From Callorhinchus milii (taxonomy: Eukaryota), in NCBI RefSeq assembly GCF_018977255.1, contig NW_024704743.1:114392001-114456000 (forward strand): a stretch of DNA of 64,000 bases. The letters are read 5' to 3'. A model generated the notes under the pieces. That model had not been told where the DNA came from, did not search any database, and was given only the letters and a program-made list of their open reading frames with translations. Shown here one piece after another: positions 11,804 to 25,410 of the stretch. A program made the position numbers and the translations under genes. Within the stretch, counting starts at the first letter, position 1. Every line of letters begins with the position of its first letter.

Positions 11804-12122
11804 AATAATAATAATAATAATCCTTGCATTTGATATAGCGCTTTTCACGTCGGGAGGACGTCCCAAAGCACTTCACAGAACACACTGTAAAGTGAATTGA
11901 CTGTATATTTGTGGGCGAACGCGGCAGCCAATTGCGCACAGCAATGTCCCACAAACAGTCGTAGATTGAAAATGACCAATTTATTATTGTTTTTGGTTTT
12001 GGAGGGATTATTATTAGGCGTGTGGAGTAAGGAAACTTGCCCAAGGTTTCGCCCTGCCTGGAATTGAACTCAGGTCTCTCGCTTGCAAAGCGAGTGCTCT
12101 AACCACTGAGCTACAGGACTCC
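11804..12122 (-). mobile_element. Young full-length tRNA-Ala SINE
   Basis: Reverse complement differs from 778-1106 at only a handful of positions. Possible TSD ACAATA at 11802-11807 and 12123-12128. Confidence 0.95.
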
Positions 12123-12429
12123 ACAATAGAGACATAGAGGTGACGATTGTGAAGCGTGATGTGCAGTTGGTCGGAAAAATAGACCAGTTGATGCATTGCA
12201 TTGACTAGTCAGCGAGGGTGTTGGTGAAGAAGCCTCCTCCCCTCAATCACTTCCTCCCCTGACACCATTCCATTATGTTGCCCCCAGAAGCCATTGGATC
12301 TTTGGCTCATGAGTTTAGACAGTTAGCAGGATATTAGACAAAAAAAGTGTTGCGTAATTTAATATATTGTGGAATGGTAGGTGTTGGTTATATTAGTTTC
12401 ATCTGTTATATCGAGTCAGCCATATATAC

Positions 12430-12838
12430 TATACCTCAGAGGATAGAATTCAAAGTCCTCATCCTCACTTTCAATGCCCTCCAGGGCCTTGCCTCTCTGA
12501 TCTGCTTAGCCCCTATCAACCTGTCCGCTCCCTCCGTTCAGCAGGCTCTGGCCTGCTCCACGTCTCCTGCCCGACCCGCCCTACCATTGTCGGTCAGGCT
12601 TTCAGCCTCTCTGCCCCTACCCTTTGGAACTCCATCCCACAATCCCTTCGCCTTGCTCCCTCTCTTGCCTCCTTCAAGACACGACTCAAGACCTTCCTTT
12701 TGGACCATGCCTTCAGCTGCCCTCCTACCTCTCTGCCCTCCCTCATCCCAATCTTACCCCCCCCACCATGCTTGGGTCCTGATCCCTGACTGTTCAGCGC
12801 CTTGGGATGTCCTCCCACCATAAAAGGTGCTTTACAAA
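12430..12838 (+). mobile_element. L2 LINE 3' fragment
   Basis: [64 protein letters not shown] tail. Confidence 0.9.
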
Positions 12839-12839
12839 T

Positions 12840-12960
12840 TCGCCTACAACTATACAGTTAATTCACTTTACAGTATATTCTGTGAAGGGCTTTGAGACGT
12901 CTGAAAGATGTGAAAAACGCTATGTCAAATGCAAGGATTATTATTATTAATTATTATTAA
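12840..12960 (+). mobile_element. 3' tail fragment of the tRNA-Ala SINE abutting the L2
   Basis: Matches the last ~120 nt of 36545-36862. Confidence 0.8.
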
Positions 12961-15900
12961 TATTACAAATGATCTATTCACTGAGATATGATCCAGGACA
13001 GAAAGCACACTCTGCAAACAAGAGTAGTTCATATGGATAGCCCCCTGCACATAGGTAGTGACTCAGAGAACTTAAATTACTGCCCAGGATAATCATTGAA
13101 CATAACAGATAGCCTATGCCATGACCATGAGAACATTTTATGGACTCCAACAGTTATAGGCAGTCAATATACTGACAGTTATTAAATATTTTAACTTTTA
13201 GACTTACTTAAACGTTGACCTCATTCACAATAAATGCACTGCAGCTGTTTTAATTTGGTTTGACTGTACATCTCTCTCCCTTCATTCCCCAATGACACAC
13301 TAACCCAGCAGGCTACCATTGCTTGCAAAACAAACAGCTGTGAACGTATCAGAGCTCAAAAAGGCACGCCTGTCTGAAGAGATGGAAACTTAATTTTGAA
13401 ACTCAAATCTGTTTATACTATGCGGCCTCAGTGACAATAATAATTCTTGCATTTGGTATAGCACCTTATTGTGTTGTCAGAACATCTCAAAGCATCTCTT
13501 AATTAATTCAGAAATATTTAATTTCTCCAAAAACTACTAAAAAAACTGCTTTAACAGGGTACTATGCAGATTGGGTGAAGAATTTTTGGCTCAGATTGTG
13601 GCATCTAAGTCAATTAATATTTAAGCAACCTGAATTTTTCAAGATTTCAAAGGCAGCCGGGGAAAAAAATAGAATTTAATGTATGTTACAGTTCAGATGG
13701 TCTATAAATCACCTACTGGCTGGTGTATCCTAAAACAACCTCCTTAAATGGAAAACACTGCTTATTTAATCTGTAGAAATGACTTGAAGTTTATAGGAAG
13801 AAATTTGGGTTGTTAATGTATGTAATAATTTCCGCAGGTTTATTAGTTTAGTAACATGTGACGTCTTCAGGGTTTTTTTAAAAAAAATTTGGCTCCCAAC
13901 TTGTTATTTTGAAGAGCTAATTCCTTCTAGGACAGGTGATTGGTCTGAAATGACAACACAAATGATCCTTATTTTTATTTAGAGCCTGCTCAACAGTGTC
14001 TCACAATAGGTCAGATTAGAAAAATGAAATAAAAGGGCAGAGAAAGCTCAAAAATTCAATAAAAGGAAGCAATTAACATGAGAAAAGGATCCAAAATATT
14101 GAACTGAACAGAGGTGAGTAGTAGTGGAGTTGGACACCTATCAGATCCATGCAGACTATCTATGCTGTAGTAAATGACAAAGCATCTATTTCACCACAAT
14201 CCAGTGTTACCTCACTGAGGCTGGCAAACTTGCCACCCTTTTGCTGTAAGGATTATCTGAGTTCGTTGGCTGGGTCATTTGTAAATCAGTCTAAATGGAT
14301 TTCACACAGGACCTCACAGCCATCAGACGGATAGACAGAGAGAGGGAGGGGAGATTTAACCCATCAGTCTAGGTTGGATTAAAACCCGTCTCACAAATTC
14401 ATATTGTACTGTGTAACAGAATTAAAAATCAAGCAAAGGTAAAGGATATTAAACATTACAATGCCATGAAAGCCGAGTACTGTATTAGTATGGTGTAGCC
14501 TCAGGGCTTTACTGATTAAAGCTGCTTTCTCATGATCCAAACCTTATCCTTGGCTGGCCAAATCTGAATCTTGCATTGGATTACAGTTATGGGACCACCG
14601 GGATGACACCCCTTCCACAGACTGCACTTCAATTGTTCTTAAACCAGCCCCCAGGCATGTAACAGTGCTGGAGCCTTCTGCTAATCCAAACTTGGATTAT
14701 CCAGAATCAAGGTCATCTCCTAAGTATTGTTTTGTTAGTGGCAAGTAGAAAATATGGTTGGAACCAATTTAGTCTCATTAGTAGGACATAACCAGAATTC
14801 CACTGTGAGGTACTATATTGCAAGTTGCAAAGACTTAGCGGCTGCAGGAAAAGATTTATAGGATGAAGACAGATATCCCTGTGACTAATAGGACACTCAG
14901 ATGATATAGGATCACCTTTTCTAAGGAGAGGCCAAAGGCCATATTAAATCCTTACAATGCAAAAGACCCATTGCATATCTAGAGTCCTACCTGTCAGGGA
15001 TTTTTTCCATCTGTGTATAAGCAAGAACCACTTAAATGCTTGTTTAAAAAAATAGTTTTTTTTCACAATGGAAGTGCTGACATTGCTCAAATCTTTAATT
15101 TCACACAACAATTCCAACACCATTTATGGATTTTCGGTCTGAAATTTCACGCAGCCTTAGCCTGCAACACTAGTTTGTCCTAAACATTGTGTTCACACAG
15201 AATTCATTTCTTAATTTCAAAGCCACGTCATTTTAATTCTTGAGGTCTGTTTTCTGCAGTTCCTTGAAAATAATTCATTTTCCACAACTTAAGACTTCAA
15301 TAGTAAGTTCCACAATTATGTGTAAATTTAAGTTTAAGCTGTAAAATGATTTTATAATTGAAGACAAAGGACATTTTGGGCTCTGGCCAAGCAAAACGAA
15401 TGGCTGATGTAACATTCGCATAAAGCAGGTCATGTATTAGTCCAGCCAGGTCAATGAACGCAATATTACACCAAGTACTATGTAACGTTGCACAACACAT
15501 ACAATATAAAATCTTGCAATTCCGCAGGGTACCAATGCTCAACACAAAACTCTTTCAAAAACAGACACTTATTGTTGGTATATTTCAGAGGGAATTTAAT
15601 CATTTGAATTTTTGGCACTTTTACAGGTAACTGCAAGCAGCTATTAAAGGTTTAAATGACTTTTATTGAGAGATTTGGTACCAGTAATAACCCCTACTGT
15701 AGCTCATCAAAAATCTTATAAAAATGACTTAACTCTAGCAAAAAAAAATGATCAGGCTCACATTGGCTGTGTTTCAAATATTTCTTGAACTTTCTACTGT
15801 TACAATAAAACTTTAAACTAATCTGAAGAAAACTGTATGGAAATTCACAATTAATTCATTTTTAAAAAAAATTATTCTTTAATATAGTTGCCTGGAAAAC

Positions 15901-15994
15901 AAAGCAGATTTGTTCCAGTGCTGATTTTTAGAAATGTCCGTTAATCCTTCTTTTTATTAAAAAAAAGGATGCTTTGATCAGTATAGCTCCAGAC

Positions 15995-16330
15995 ATTAGC
16001 CCAAGTTCCTGTCTGCCTGTTCAGATAGATGTTAAAGATCCCATGGCACTATTCGAAATGAAAAGGGAGCTTCTTTCTTTTGGTGTTCTGGCCAACAATC
16101 CCCCCAGAAGATTGGTTATTCACTTCATTGCTGTTTATAGGACGTTGCTGTACATAAATTGGCTACTGTGTACCCCTACAAAAATACACAGCCATTTCAC
16201 TTTAGAGTAAATTCTGTGAAGCGCCTTACAATACAAAATCACATTTGTATAGCGTCTTTCACATCGGGAGGACGTCCCGAGGAGCCTGAAAAGTTTTTAA
16301 CATATAAAGTGCTATATCAAATGCAAGGTC
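15995..16330 (+). mobile_element. Deu-type SINE fragment with a nested inverted L2 tail (about 16229-16287)
   Basis: CTGTCTGCCTGTTCAGATAGATGTTAAAGATCCCATGGCACTATTCGAA core. Confidence 0.75.
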
Positions 16331-18112
16331 ATTGAAGATCCAGAGAGCCTTACCAATAATCCACCGTCATAATAATAATAAATGCATAATATTCTGCACA
16401 TTTTTTTAGGAGCAAATAAACAATCCTTGCAGCCTAGTGGTTAGAGCACTCGCCTTGCAAACAAGAGGACCTGGGTTCGAGGGGAGGCAGGGGATGGTTA
16501 GTTGTAATAACAGTTTTGCACAAAGATGGAAATATTTCATGAAAATTTAGTAAATGTCGCCTGAAGATTCATGAAATAAGTCAAGAGCTAAAAATAAATC
16601 TGTGAAATCAACAACAAATTACATTTGTATAGCACCTTTCATGTCAAAAGGATGTCCCAAGGTATTATCCTAGGAATAGAGATATCCTAAGAAATGGCAC
16701 TTCAATGCTTCTATCTGAGTACCAAATTGCAATGGATTTGTGGATGGAGTCTGGTCGGGGGAGGAAAGAGTAAAATGGGAGTGTGGAGGGGTTGTTACAC
16801 CCATTACCTAGTGCAAACAAAGTGAAGCAAACACCGCCATGAATAAGTGAACTGAACAGCCTCGTACGGTGTTTCTATTGCTCTCTGCTATATATTTTAC
16901 AAAAACAAATTGCCCAACTTCCAACTGCACCCAAAAGTTAAAACACCACCATCAATTCCAGCAACCGAGCGTGAACAATTTAAACATGAATCGGCATCAA
17001 AAGGAACTTGAAGCTGTATGGAGTGGAGCGCGACCAATCTCACATGGACTTTTTCAAACATGAAAACATGAATGAAAGCGTTCAAATTACTTCCATTCGG
17101 TTTCTCAAATGGCTTCTATCCTTCAACTTGTGCTAATTTGGAGTTGAGCAGCTTCAGCACAAGAAACGTGAAAGGCATTTATAATTCGGCTCTCATTGTG
17201 AAAATCATTATGGAAGAGGGACAGGAGTCACATGAGACAAAAATATAGAATCCCCAAGTCATTCATCAGCATCTTGGGATGTTCTCCTGATGTAAAAGAC
17301 ACCATACAAATGTAAATTTGTATTTTGTATTTGTATGTCACTAAAAAGCAAAGATATCTTTGTTTTTCAAACAAGAGCTAGTCTCATTCTGAGACAGAAG
17401 TTTAAATTTGAACTTGTATCCGAGTGTATTAACAAGTGGGCCAATTTTTTGAGAGGAAATTTCTAATTAACAAATATTTTCTAAAGATTTTTTAAAAGAA
17501 ATATTTAAATGTAATTTTTAAAAGTAAAGTAAAATATAGATGTAAAAATATAACTGAAGCAAAAGAATACTTACAATTTTTAAATAGAATTTACAAAATA
17601 TGTGTATTTTTTCCAATTATGTTCTAAGATAATTAGCTTCCAAAGTGTTTGGTTCAAAAAGTATGATAACCTTTGCATCTCTTTTGCTACCACAGCAAAT
17701 CAATGCTTCAAAGATAATAAAAGTAGGGTTTGCTGACACAGGTCTCCATATATATTCTCCAAAGTTGATAATTTTTCCCTCTCCACCACTCTGACCATGC
17801 CAGAGTGGAGCCAGGCCTGACACTATCCATCCCCAACTGAAGGAGAGGGATTGCTAGGGGTCAGTCTGTTCTAGAAAATGTCACAGATTAACCTGAGGTA
17901 AGAAACAAACCATATTTAAATTGTTATGTAGCTAGTTCTATGTTTTTTTTTATCCAATAGAACTATAAAACAATAAAATCAAATTTAAAAAATGAGGCAT
18001 TGTTTTTCACAGTGCATTTTTGTTAATCTCTATCATACTTAAGCAGGCAAAATGAAAAAACCAAAAGTATGCAAGTCTGATTTGTATTAATACGTGCACC
18101 AATATACACAGG

Positions 18113-18141
18113 AATACACACACACACACACAGACACACAC
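18113..18141. repeat. Imperfect (CA)n microsatellite
   Basis: tacacacacacacacacagacacacac. Confidence 0.9.
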
Positions 18142-18859
18142 GATTGGCAGCAACTCTCTACCGGACCACACTCATCCACTAGTCTAGTTAATTTCTCCAA
18201 AAATGATTTTAGATTTATAAAGCATGATCTTTTGGTTCTATGAAAATGATAACCTACCCTCGTAAAAAGAATTCAGATGCTTGCTAAAGTGCAATATGCA
18301 ATAAAAGGATAGATCCTACCACAGTGCTTCCTGAAAATTAAATCACAGGTAATGGTACCATTAATATTAGAGAAGCAGCATATTAAAAGACTTTTATATT
18401 GCTTGAAGCTATGGAAGCAACATAAAAATGGTAATATCCAACAACATTTGCAGAACAAACAGCAAGGCAGGAAGCAGCTTAAAATCTTTTCCACATTTCT
18501 TTTTCAATAATGGAAACGAACGTGGTTTCATGACAGACAGATATTGCCCAAATTTTTATTAACTGCATTTTATTAGCGGCAACCACAGCTTCAATTTAAC
18601 CCCATTAGGGCCTTGCACCATCTGTTCCAATACAAAATCATAAGTGTAGATAGTCCTTAAGATAATGCCAAGGATATTGGGAATTAAGGATTAGTGCCTT
18701 CAGTAATTTTGCCAGGAAGAGTGGCTGAAGCCAATTTAAAAAGCAGCTTGATGGTGTGATGGGAAGATGGTAGGGTAAGTGTTCTGGTGGGATCAGATCA
18801 GATGAATTGAAGGGTCTTCTGATTTAGGACTGGTTAATCCTCATACTCCTGTTCAAATC

Positions 18860-19165
18860 CCTTTACTCTCTGGCAACTCCCTACCTCTACGACCTCCTCA
18901 CTCCCTAATCTACCACCCAGCACCTCCACTGGCACCAGCCTCCTGCTCGTCCCTTGCACCCTCCATCCCACTATCAGAGATTGCACATTCAGCCACTATG
19001 CCCCGAAACTCTGGAACACTCTCCCTCAATCCCTCCACCTTCCCCTCTTTCTACTTTTCCAAGTCCCACCTGAAAACCTTCCCCTCGACTGTGTTTACGG
19101 CCATCTCCCTACCATACCCCCAGTTGGAGTCAGGCTCTGCCACTGTTAAGCGCTTTGGTAAACAG
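18860..19165 (+). mobile_element. Degenerate L2 3' fragment
   Basis: CCCTACCTCTACGACCTCCT...TTCAGCCACTATGCCCCGAAACTCTGGAACACTCTCCC...CTGAAAACCTTCC. Confidence 0.75.
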
Positions 19166-20534
19166 ACATTATAGGCTAAAACAAAGGTTCGGATAACAGC
19201 CCATGGTCGATTTCTCCAACCCACATTGTAGGTATCCATTGTAACATCACTGAACTGACCATTTGCCAAGGAGAGTGTGGCAGCAGCTAATATCTGAATA
19301 CCAATTCATTTAGTGGACATCACACACAACAATAAGGGACCCAAATCACTCACCATCTGAAACAAATGTTGGACCTTTGAGGTAAGAATGAAACCCTGTA
19401 GGAAAATCTCCAAAGACATTTCACTATACAAAGAGTGAATTGCATCCCACAATGGTCACCTCTCACCACTAGTGACACAGTGTTAGCCATGTCAATGAAA
19501 CTAAGTTGTTGTTTAGAACTAAATCTAATGTATTGTATTTTGCATTTTTGGTATGAATTGAAAATGCTGATGACACCTGCCTTAACCAGAGCATATTTAG
19601 GTATTAAGTTGGAAGTGAGCTCAGATGAATTGGTAAATCATATGAAGACCAAGAAAAGTTGAATTGGAAATCCGTTGATCTAGCACAAACTCTCAAAAAT
19701 ATTGTGTGGGACTTATATGTGGGACTACCAAACAGTACACACACAATATACAGAAAACTAATACATTCATGCTAGGCACCCCATCCAGAATGCCAGTTTG
19801 CATGGAAATAAAATGGATTTCCAAAAGAACTTGGATTTCGGAATCGGCTCTCTGAGCTTTACCTCTTTCACTTCTGCTGCTGCTTTATACATGACTTCTT
19901 GAATATAATAATAATCCTTGCGTTTGATATATCCCTAACCACGTCTTCGAGAAGTCTCAAAGTGTTTCACAGAATATACTGTAAAGTGAATTGACTGTAT
20001 ATTTTGTGGGCGAAATATGGTACTAAATGTAGTTAATACTAAATGAGGACAAGATGCAGACAGTGCTTGTTTCAGAATGTACTCATCAGATCAAGCCGTC
20101 TCTGCTGCTGTAATCCATAATTGGTTTTAAACACGAAAGCTCTGTTGATAATTTGCCATGAAAAGTATAGGAGGTTATAGGTCTGGTTTGGGGCTGAAAC
20201 GAATAAATAGAGATTAGTGTGCCAATTTATTTTCATCCTGTGGCAACTTTGCCTCTACACACTACTTAATCATTTCATATAGTAATTTTTTGGTCTAAAC
20301 ACATGCAGAAACCCATCACCATGCTTAAGGGTATCTAAACCAGACTGAGAGTTCCACATGTATACCATTTACACATGGAAATTTCTCTGTGTCTGGAATA
20401 AAATGTGCACTCTCTCGCTAGAGTGACACCCCTCCAATTACTTAATTCCAGATAGTACTTAGATGACGGTTAGTGAGAGCCATGCATTTAGGACCCCAGA
20501 GTGGAATGAATTAAAACTGCAAAGCTTGCCTTTT

Positions 20535-21150
20535 AACAACAACAACAAAATTACATTTGTAAAGTGCCTTTCACGTCAGGAGGACTATCCAAGGCGCTGA
20601 ACAGTCAGGGGTCAGGACCCAAGCGTGGGGGGCCAGGGTTGGGATGAGGGAGGGCAGAGGGGGTAGGAGGGCGGCTGATTGCACGGTCAAAAAGGAGGGT
20701 TTTGAGTCATGCCTTGAAGGAGGCAAGAGAGGCAGCAAAGCGAAGAGATTGTGGGATGGAGTTCCAAAGAGTGGAGGCAGAGAGGCTGAAAGCCTGGCAA
20801 CCAATGGTAAGGCGGGTCGGGAGGGAGACCTGAAGCAGGCCAGAGCCTGCTGAGCGGAGGGAGCAGACAGGTTGATAGGGGGTCAGCAGCTCAGAGAGGT
20901 AGGTGAGGGCAAGGCCATGGAAGGTCTTAAAAGTGAGGATTGGAATTCTATCCTCTGAGGGATGGGGAGCCAGTGGAGCCGGGCGAGGGTGAGGGTGATG
21001 GGGTCACGGAGTCTGTTGCGGGACAGAACACAAGCTGCAGAGTTCTGAATGATCTGCAACTTGGGGAGGGAAAGGTTGGGGAGGCTGACAAGGAGGGAGT
21101 TTCCATAGTCGAGCCTTGAGGTGCCAAATGTGTGTATGCATTAGAGCAGT
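20535..21150 (-). mobile_element. L2 LINE 3' fragment
   Basis: (AAC)n tail at 20535-20548, stem-loop motif, and RLDYGNSLL / LQIIQNSAA-type coding remnants. Confidence 0.9.
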
Positions 21151-22202
21151 GGTTTGCAAGCTTCCCGCTTCCTGTCCAGTTAGGACGATGATGGACAAAT
21201 TAATTTCAATTATTATGAGTTGGTAGAAGTGCTGAGTTAAAAGATTTGTTTTCAACTGTGTAAAAACTTCTATTTAATTTATTTACCATCTATTACTCGT
21301 GATGTGGAAAATTAATCCACTTGTCCTTCAGGCCTTCAACACCATCTTTTTAGATTCTGTAAGCAGACAGGTTTTATTCTACATTCCAAAATCACAAGAA
21401 AAAGCACAGAGCCTCACCCAGATTATATCCTCCCTTGGGTGCTGTACTTAAAGCCACCGTTGTCTCCTGACTCTCTTTGAAGGCCCGGATAATGATTTTA
21501 ATCATTCATGCTGGAGTAAGGTTACTTACCTAACCTCAACTAATAAGGTAAAAAATATTCCAAATTGTATAAACCACTGCTAATATCATTTTGACACCAA
21601 TGTGTCACACAATGGCAAGCAAAAGGCAGCAAATTCAAATGGGATTCCTTGGTTATGGAATTTAATTGAAGGCTTCTTCCAGTAACTAGGTGTCACCCAG
21701 ACTCACACTAACGTTGTTTTGAAAGTAGGTTCCATCGAAAGGAACTTCTGTGAGTCAGGGTGAAGCACTTCAGATTTCTTTATTAAATCATCCCGTTTGA
21801 GATTACTGCATTTAAAACCCAATATGAATAAAATAATAATTGAAAACAAATCTAAAAGTAACTAAATCCATCTTATGTTGCATTAACCATAAGTCAATTA
21901 GAATGATATCTGACTATTTCTGACCATATAAGAGAAACGTAGTATTCACACAAAACAATGCAGAAAAAATATTTGAACAAATAACGACATAATAGGGCAT
22001 GTGGTATATAAGGTCTTAAAACACATTTATCTCTTACAATTTCTTCCTCTGCTAATGAGGGTGACTCATGCTGAGATCTGGCTCCATAGATGTTAGGCCT
22101 CTTGCCTTTCTGTATTCATGAGCCGAGACACTGAATCCTGTCAGGCTATTCAACCACAGGGAGGTAATTGTCAAACTGAAATGTGTCCTCACCTGACATC
22201 TA

Positions 22203-22512
22203 GTCGGGTGAGGCTGGTAGCACTCTCGCCTCTGAGTGAGAATTGTGGGGGGTCAAACCCCACGGGAGATCTTTGAGCTGATAGTCTTGGCTCACATTAT
22301 GATACAGTGCTAGAGGAGTGCTGCATTTTCGATGGTGCTGTCCTTTGGATGAGACATTAAACTGAGGTCCCGTCTGTCTATTCAGGGAGATGTTAAATAT
22401 CCCCTAGCACTATTCGGAAAGACAAGAAGGTTTCTGCTGTTGTCCTGGCTGACAAGCTTCCAGATAAAATTGATCATTGTGGTTGTCTGCAGGATATTGC
22501 TGTGTGCAAATA
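22203..22512 (+). mobile_element. Deu-type SINE (tRNA head plus Deu core)
   Basis: GGTAGCACTCTCGCCTCTGAGT head; GTCCTTTGGATGAGACATTAAACTGAGGTCCCGTCTG core, recalled as the SacSINE1/AmnSINE1 Deu domain. Confidence 0.8.
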
Positions 22513-25069
22513 TCCTGGTGTGGTCACGAACATAGTTGTGACTCCAGATATTCACAAACTCAAGAATCATACACCAGGAGCCACAATTCATGCAGATAAA
22601 TACAGTTTGTGATTGTCACGTTTTAGACACCTCTAATGTGGAGAATTCTGCACAACATCACCAAACAGGCTCAGGATCAAGTTCAGTTTTTTTTAAAAAA
22701 AGTAAGTACTATTTGGTAAACATCTGACCACATCTCGGTCTGTGTCCAGGCAGCCTTTCGGTGGTATATTGGAAGGAATACCAAACATTAGGTTTGGCTG
22801 AACGACAGGGCCATTTGGAACAATCTCAAGCAGGAAGTTACTACCTCAGATATACATGCCACCTAGTGATCAAAAATATCTGGACTCAGAACAAACACAT
22901 CAGAGTTAGTATTGCAGAACACCACATCCTATCCAAGCAGCTAAACATTGGCATTGGCTCCAGTTATGCTGTAGCGTTAGCCACAAGGTGGAAACACTTT
23001 GGTAGATGGGGAAGATCAGGCCACCAGAAAGTTGGGAAAGGTTACACTAGGCCATCCTGAGGTCCAATAAGAAAAAGATCTGTCAAGCAGATCATAAAAG
23101 GTACAAGTCAAAGATCAGTCCCACATTGCACAATTACCAGACAAACTCCTCAGACAAGGTAGTCAACTCTTCTCCCAATATTTAACCCAACCCTCTTCAT
23201 CATCCAGCAGAGCTGTGGAGAAGCCGAGCACTATATTCACTCACCCACAAAACACAGAAACTCCACTTTACAATATATCCAGTGAAGCGTTTTGGGACAT
23301 CCTCTTGTCATGAAAGGTGCTGTACCAAATGCAAGTATTATTCTTCTTATTGTATTTCCTTCAGGTTATTTGTAATATTTGATATGATATGTGAACAATA
23401 ATTACGGGCGGCATTGATATTCAATGTTTCACCAACATCTGATTAGTTCAATTTGTTACTGGTGTTACTAAAGAAATACTGTACTCACCACTTACGAAAT
23501 AGATGTAGAGTGAAGCTGTAGGATATATTATACTAGTTATTAGTTACATGGTTGCTTTTATTAGCCCTGGTGATGGCTTTGCTAATGAGGAAGATTGTGT
23601 CGCCTGAGAGAAAGGCACAGTTCTAGGTCACAAGTTCCTGTTCTAACCACTGATTCTGTGCTGGAATGGCAGGCAGAACACAGTCTTAGTTGATGTTCTA
23701 CGTTTTTTTAAATAATCGATACACAAAAACAAGCAAGTTTGACATCAACTAAATATTACCTGCTGGTTGGTATCATCTTCTCTCATTTTCAGCCTTGGTG
23801 ATGTCCTGGATGGGGAGCCTTAGCCCTCCACCTTGATTTCTCACTACATAAAGAGGGTTGAAAATAAGAATATATAAGAGCATAAGAAATGCTAGACGAA
23901 AAAAGACTAAGGTCCATCTAGTTCGCCTTCCACCTTCCTGGCAGTTGCATGAAGCATGAAGGTTGAGATTTACAATATGTCGGAGGTAGTTGGGTTTACT
24001 AGTGATGGTGCTACCCACAACTCAGTCTTGGCAGGACCACTCCTCTGAAGAAAAAGAGACGAAGGCCAGATACATTTAGTTTACTCGTGTGCAATGGCAT
24101 CAGCAAGACCCCAAGTATGTTTCACTTCTAAAGTCAATGAAAAGAAACACAGCGGCTTACTGTTCCCACTTGAGAAAGATCTCCTAAGCATGAATCACAA
24201 AATTTTGTGACAAGCCACACTCAATAAATATAAAACCTTGCGAGGCCCACTCAAAAGGAGGAAGGTGTGCACCACCAGGTCTGATGAAAGATCTCTTATG
24301 AGAAACAAAGATTTCATTTATTTTCCCTTCTTAAAGAAAACCAAAGCCCAATTACTAACTGAGCCTTTGTGACTGTGGGAGCTGTCTGCGCCTACTTCAA
24401 GCCAAGTTCAGAGCAATGCAGGGATTTCCTAATCATCTCTCCATTAAAAAAAACACTGACAACTGAAGAGCAAGTTCTAATTCCCTATTCTAACTGCTAT
24501 GGTTGCAAGAAATAAAAGTGTTTCCTAGAATTTGAAGCCATAGAAAACAAAACATACACATCTGTCTGTGTCATTTGCTTTTCCTTTGCAGTAGTCACTA
24601 GGCAGTAAAGAGTGGGATCATAATCTGACCACTAATAGACAGAACCTCCTTTTGTCCGTGGAGACAACCCTAGTGTGAAGAAGAAGGACTTCTGAGATGT
24701 TAGTGAGAACCTCCAGGGAAAGGATGTCCACTCAGTCTGATCAACAACATGATTCATCTTTGTCTAAACGAAACAGCTCCATCCCAAACCCACAGAGACC
24801 TCTCTTCTGAAGCAAAGTTTTTCAAATGCCAACCATTAGAAAATATTTACTTGTTGTCTTTGGGGTCGGTGAGATTAGCCGTAGCAAATACTCAATGAAG
24901 CTTGAAACAATAGGACGGTTCTGCAGCATATTCCAAAGGGAACAAAACCAGAGATGGTTTCCAAAGGATTTTTCTTGATACATCTCACCAAACGTGTAAG
25001 CTAATCAATGTTGAGCTTCATGGAAGAACTGTGAAAATTACTCTATTCTTCAAAGAAATTATAACAAAA

Positions 25070-25410
25070 TAATTACATTTGCATTTGATATAGCATCTTT
25101 TGTGTTCGGAGAACACCTCAAAGTGCTTCACAGGATTTAAAGCAACGTGTGTGACTGTGTTTTTTGTAGGCAAATGTGGAAGAGAGTTTGCACACAGCAA
25201 AGTCCCACAACTACAACAAATTACATTATATCTCGCCTTTTACAAACAGCCATGATGTAAATGACCAATTTTATCTTGGGGATTGCTGGCCAGGACAGTG
25301 TGAGAAACTCTCCACTTTTAGCATAATGTCACAATACATTTAATGTCCACCTGAACAGACAGACAGGACCTTGGTTTAATGACTTATCTGAAGGATGGCA
25401 TCTCTGTCAA
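25070..25410 (-). mobile_element. Deu-type SINE fragment
   Basis: Matches 34632-35062 in core and tail. Confidence 0.75.
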
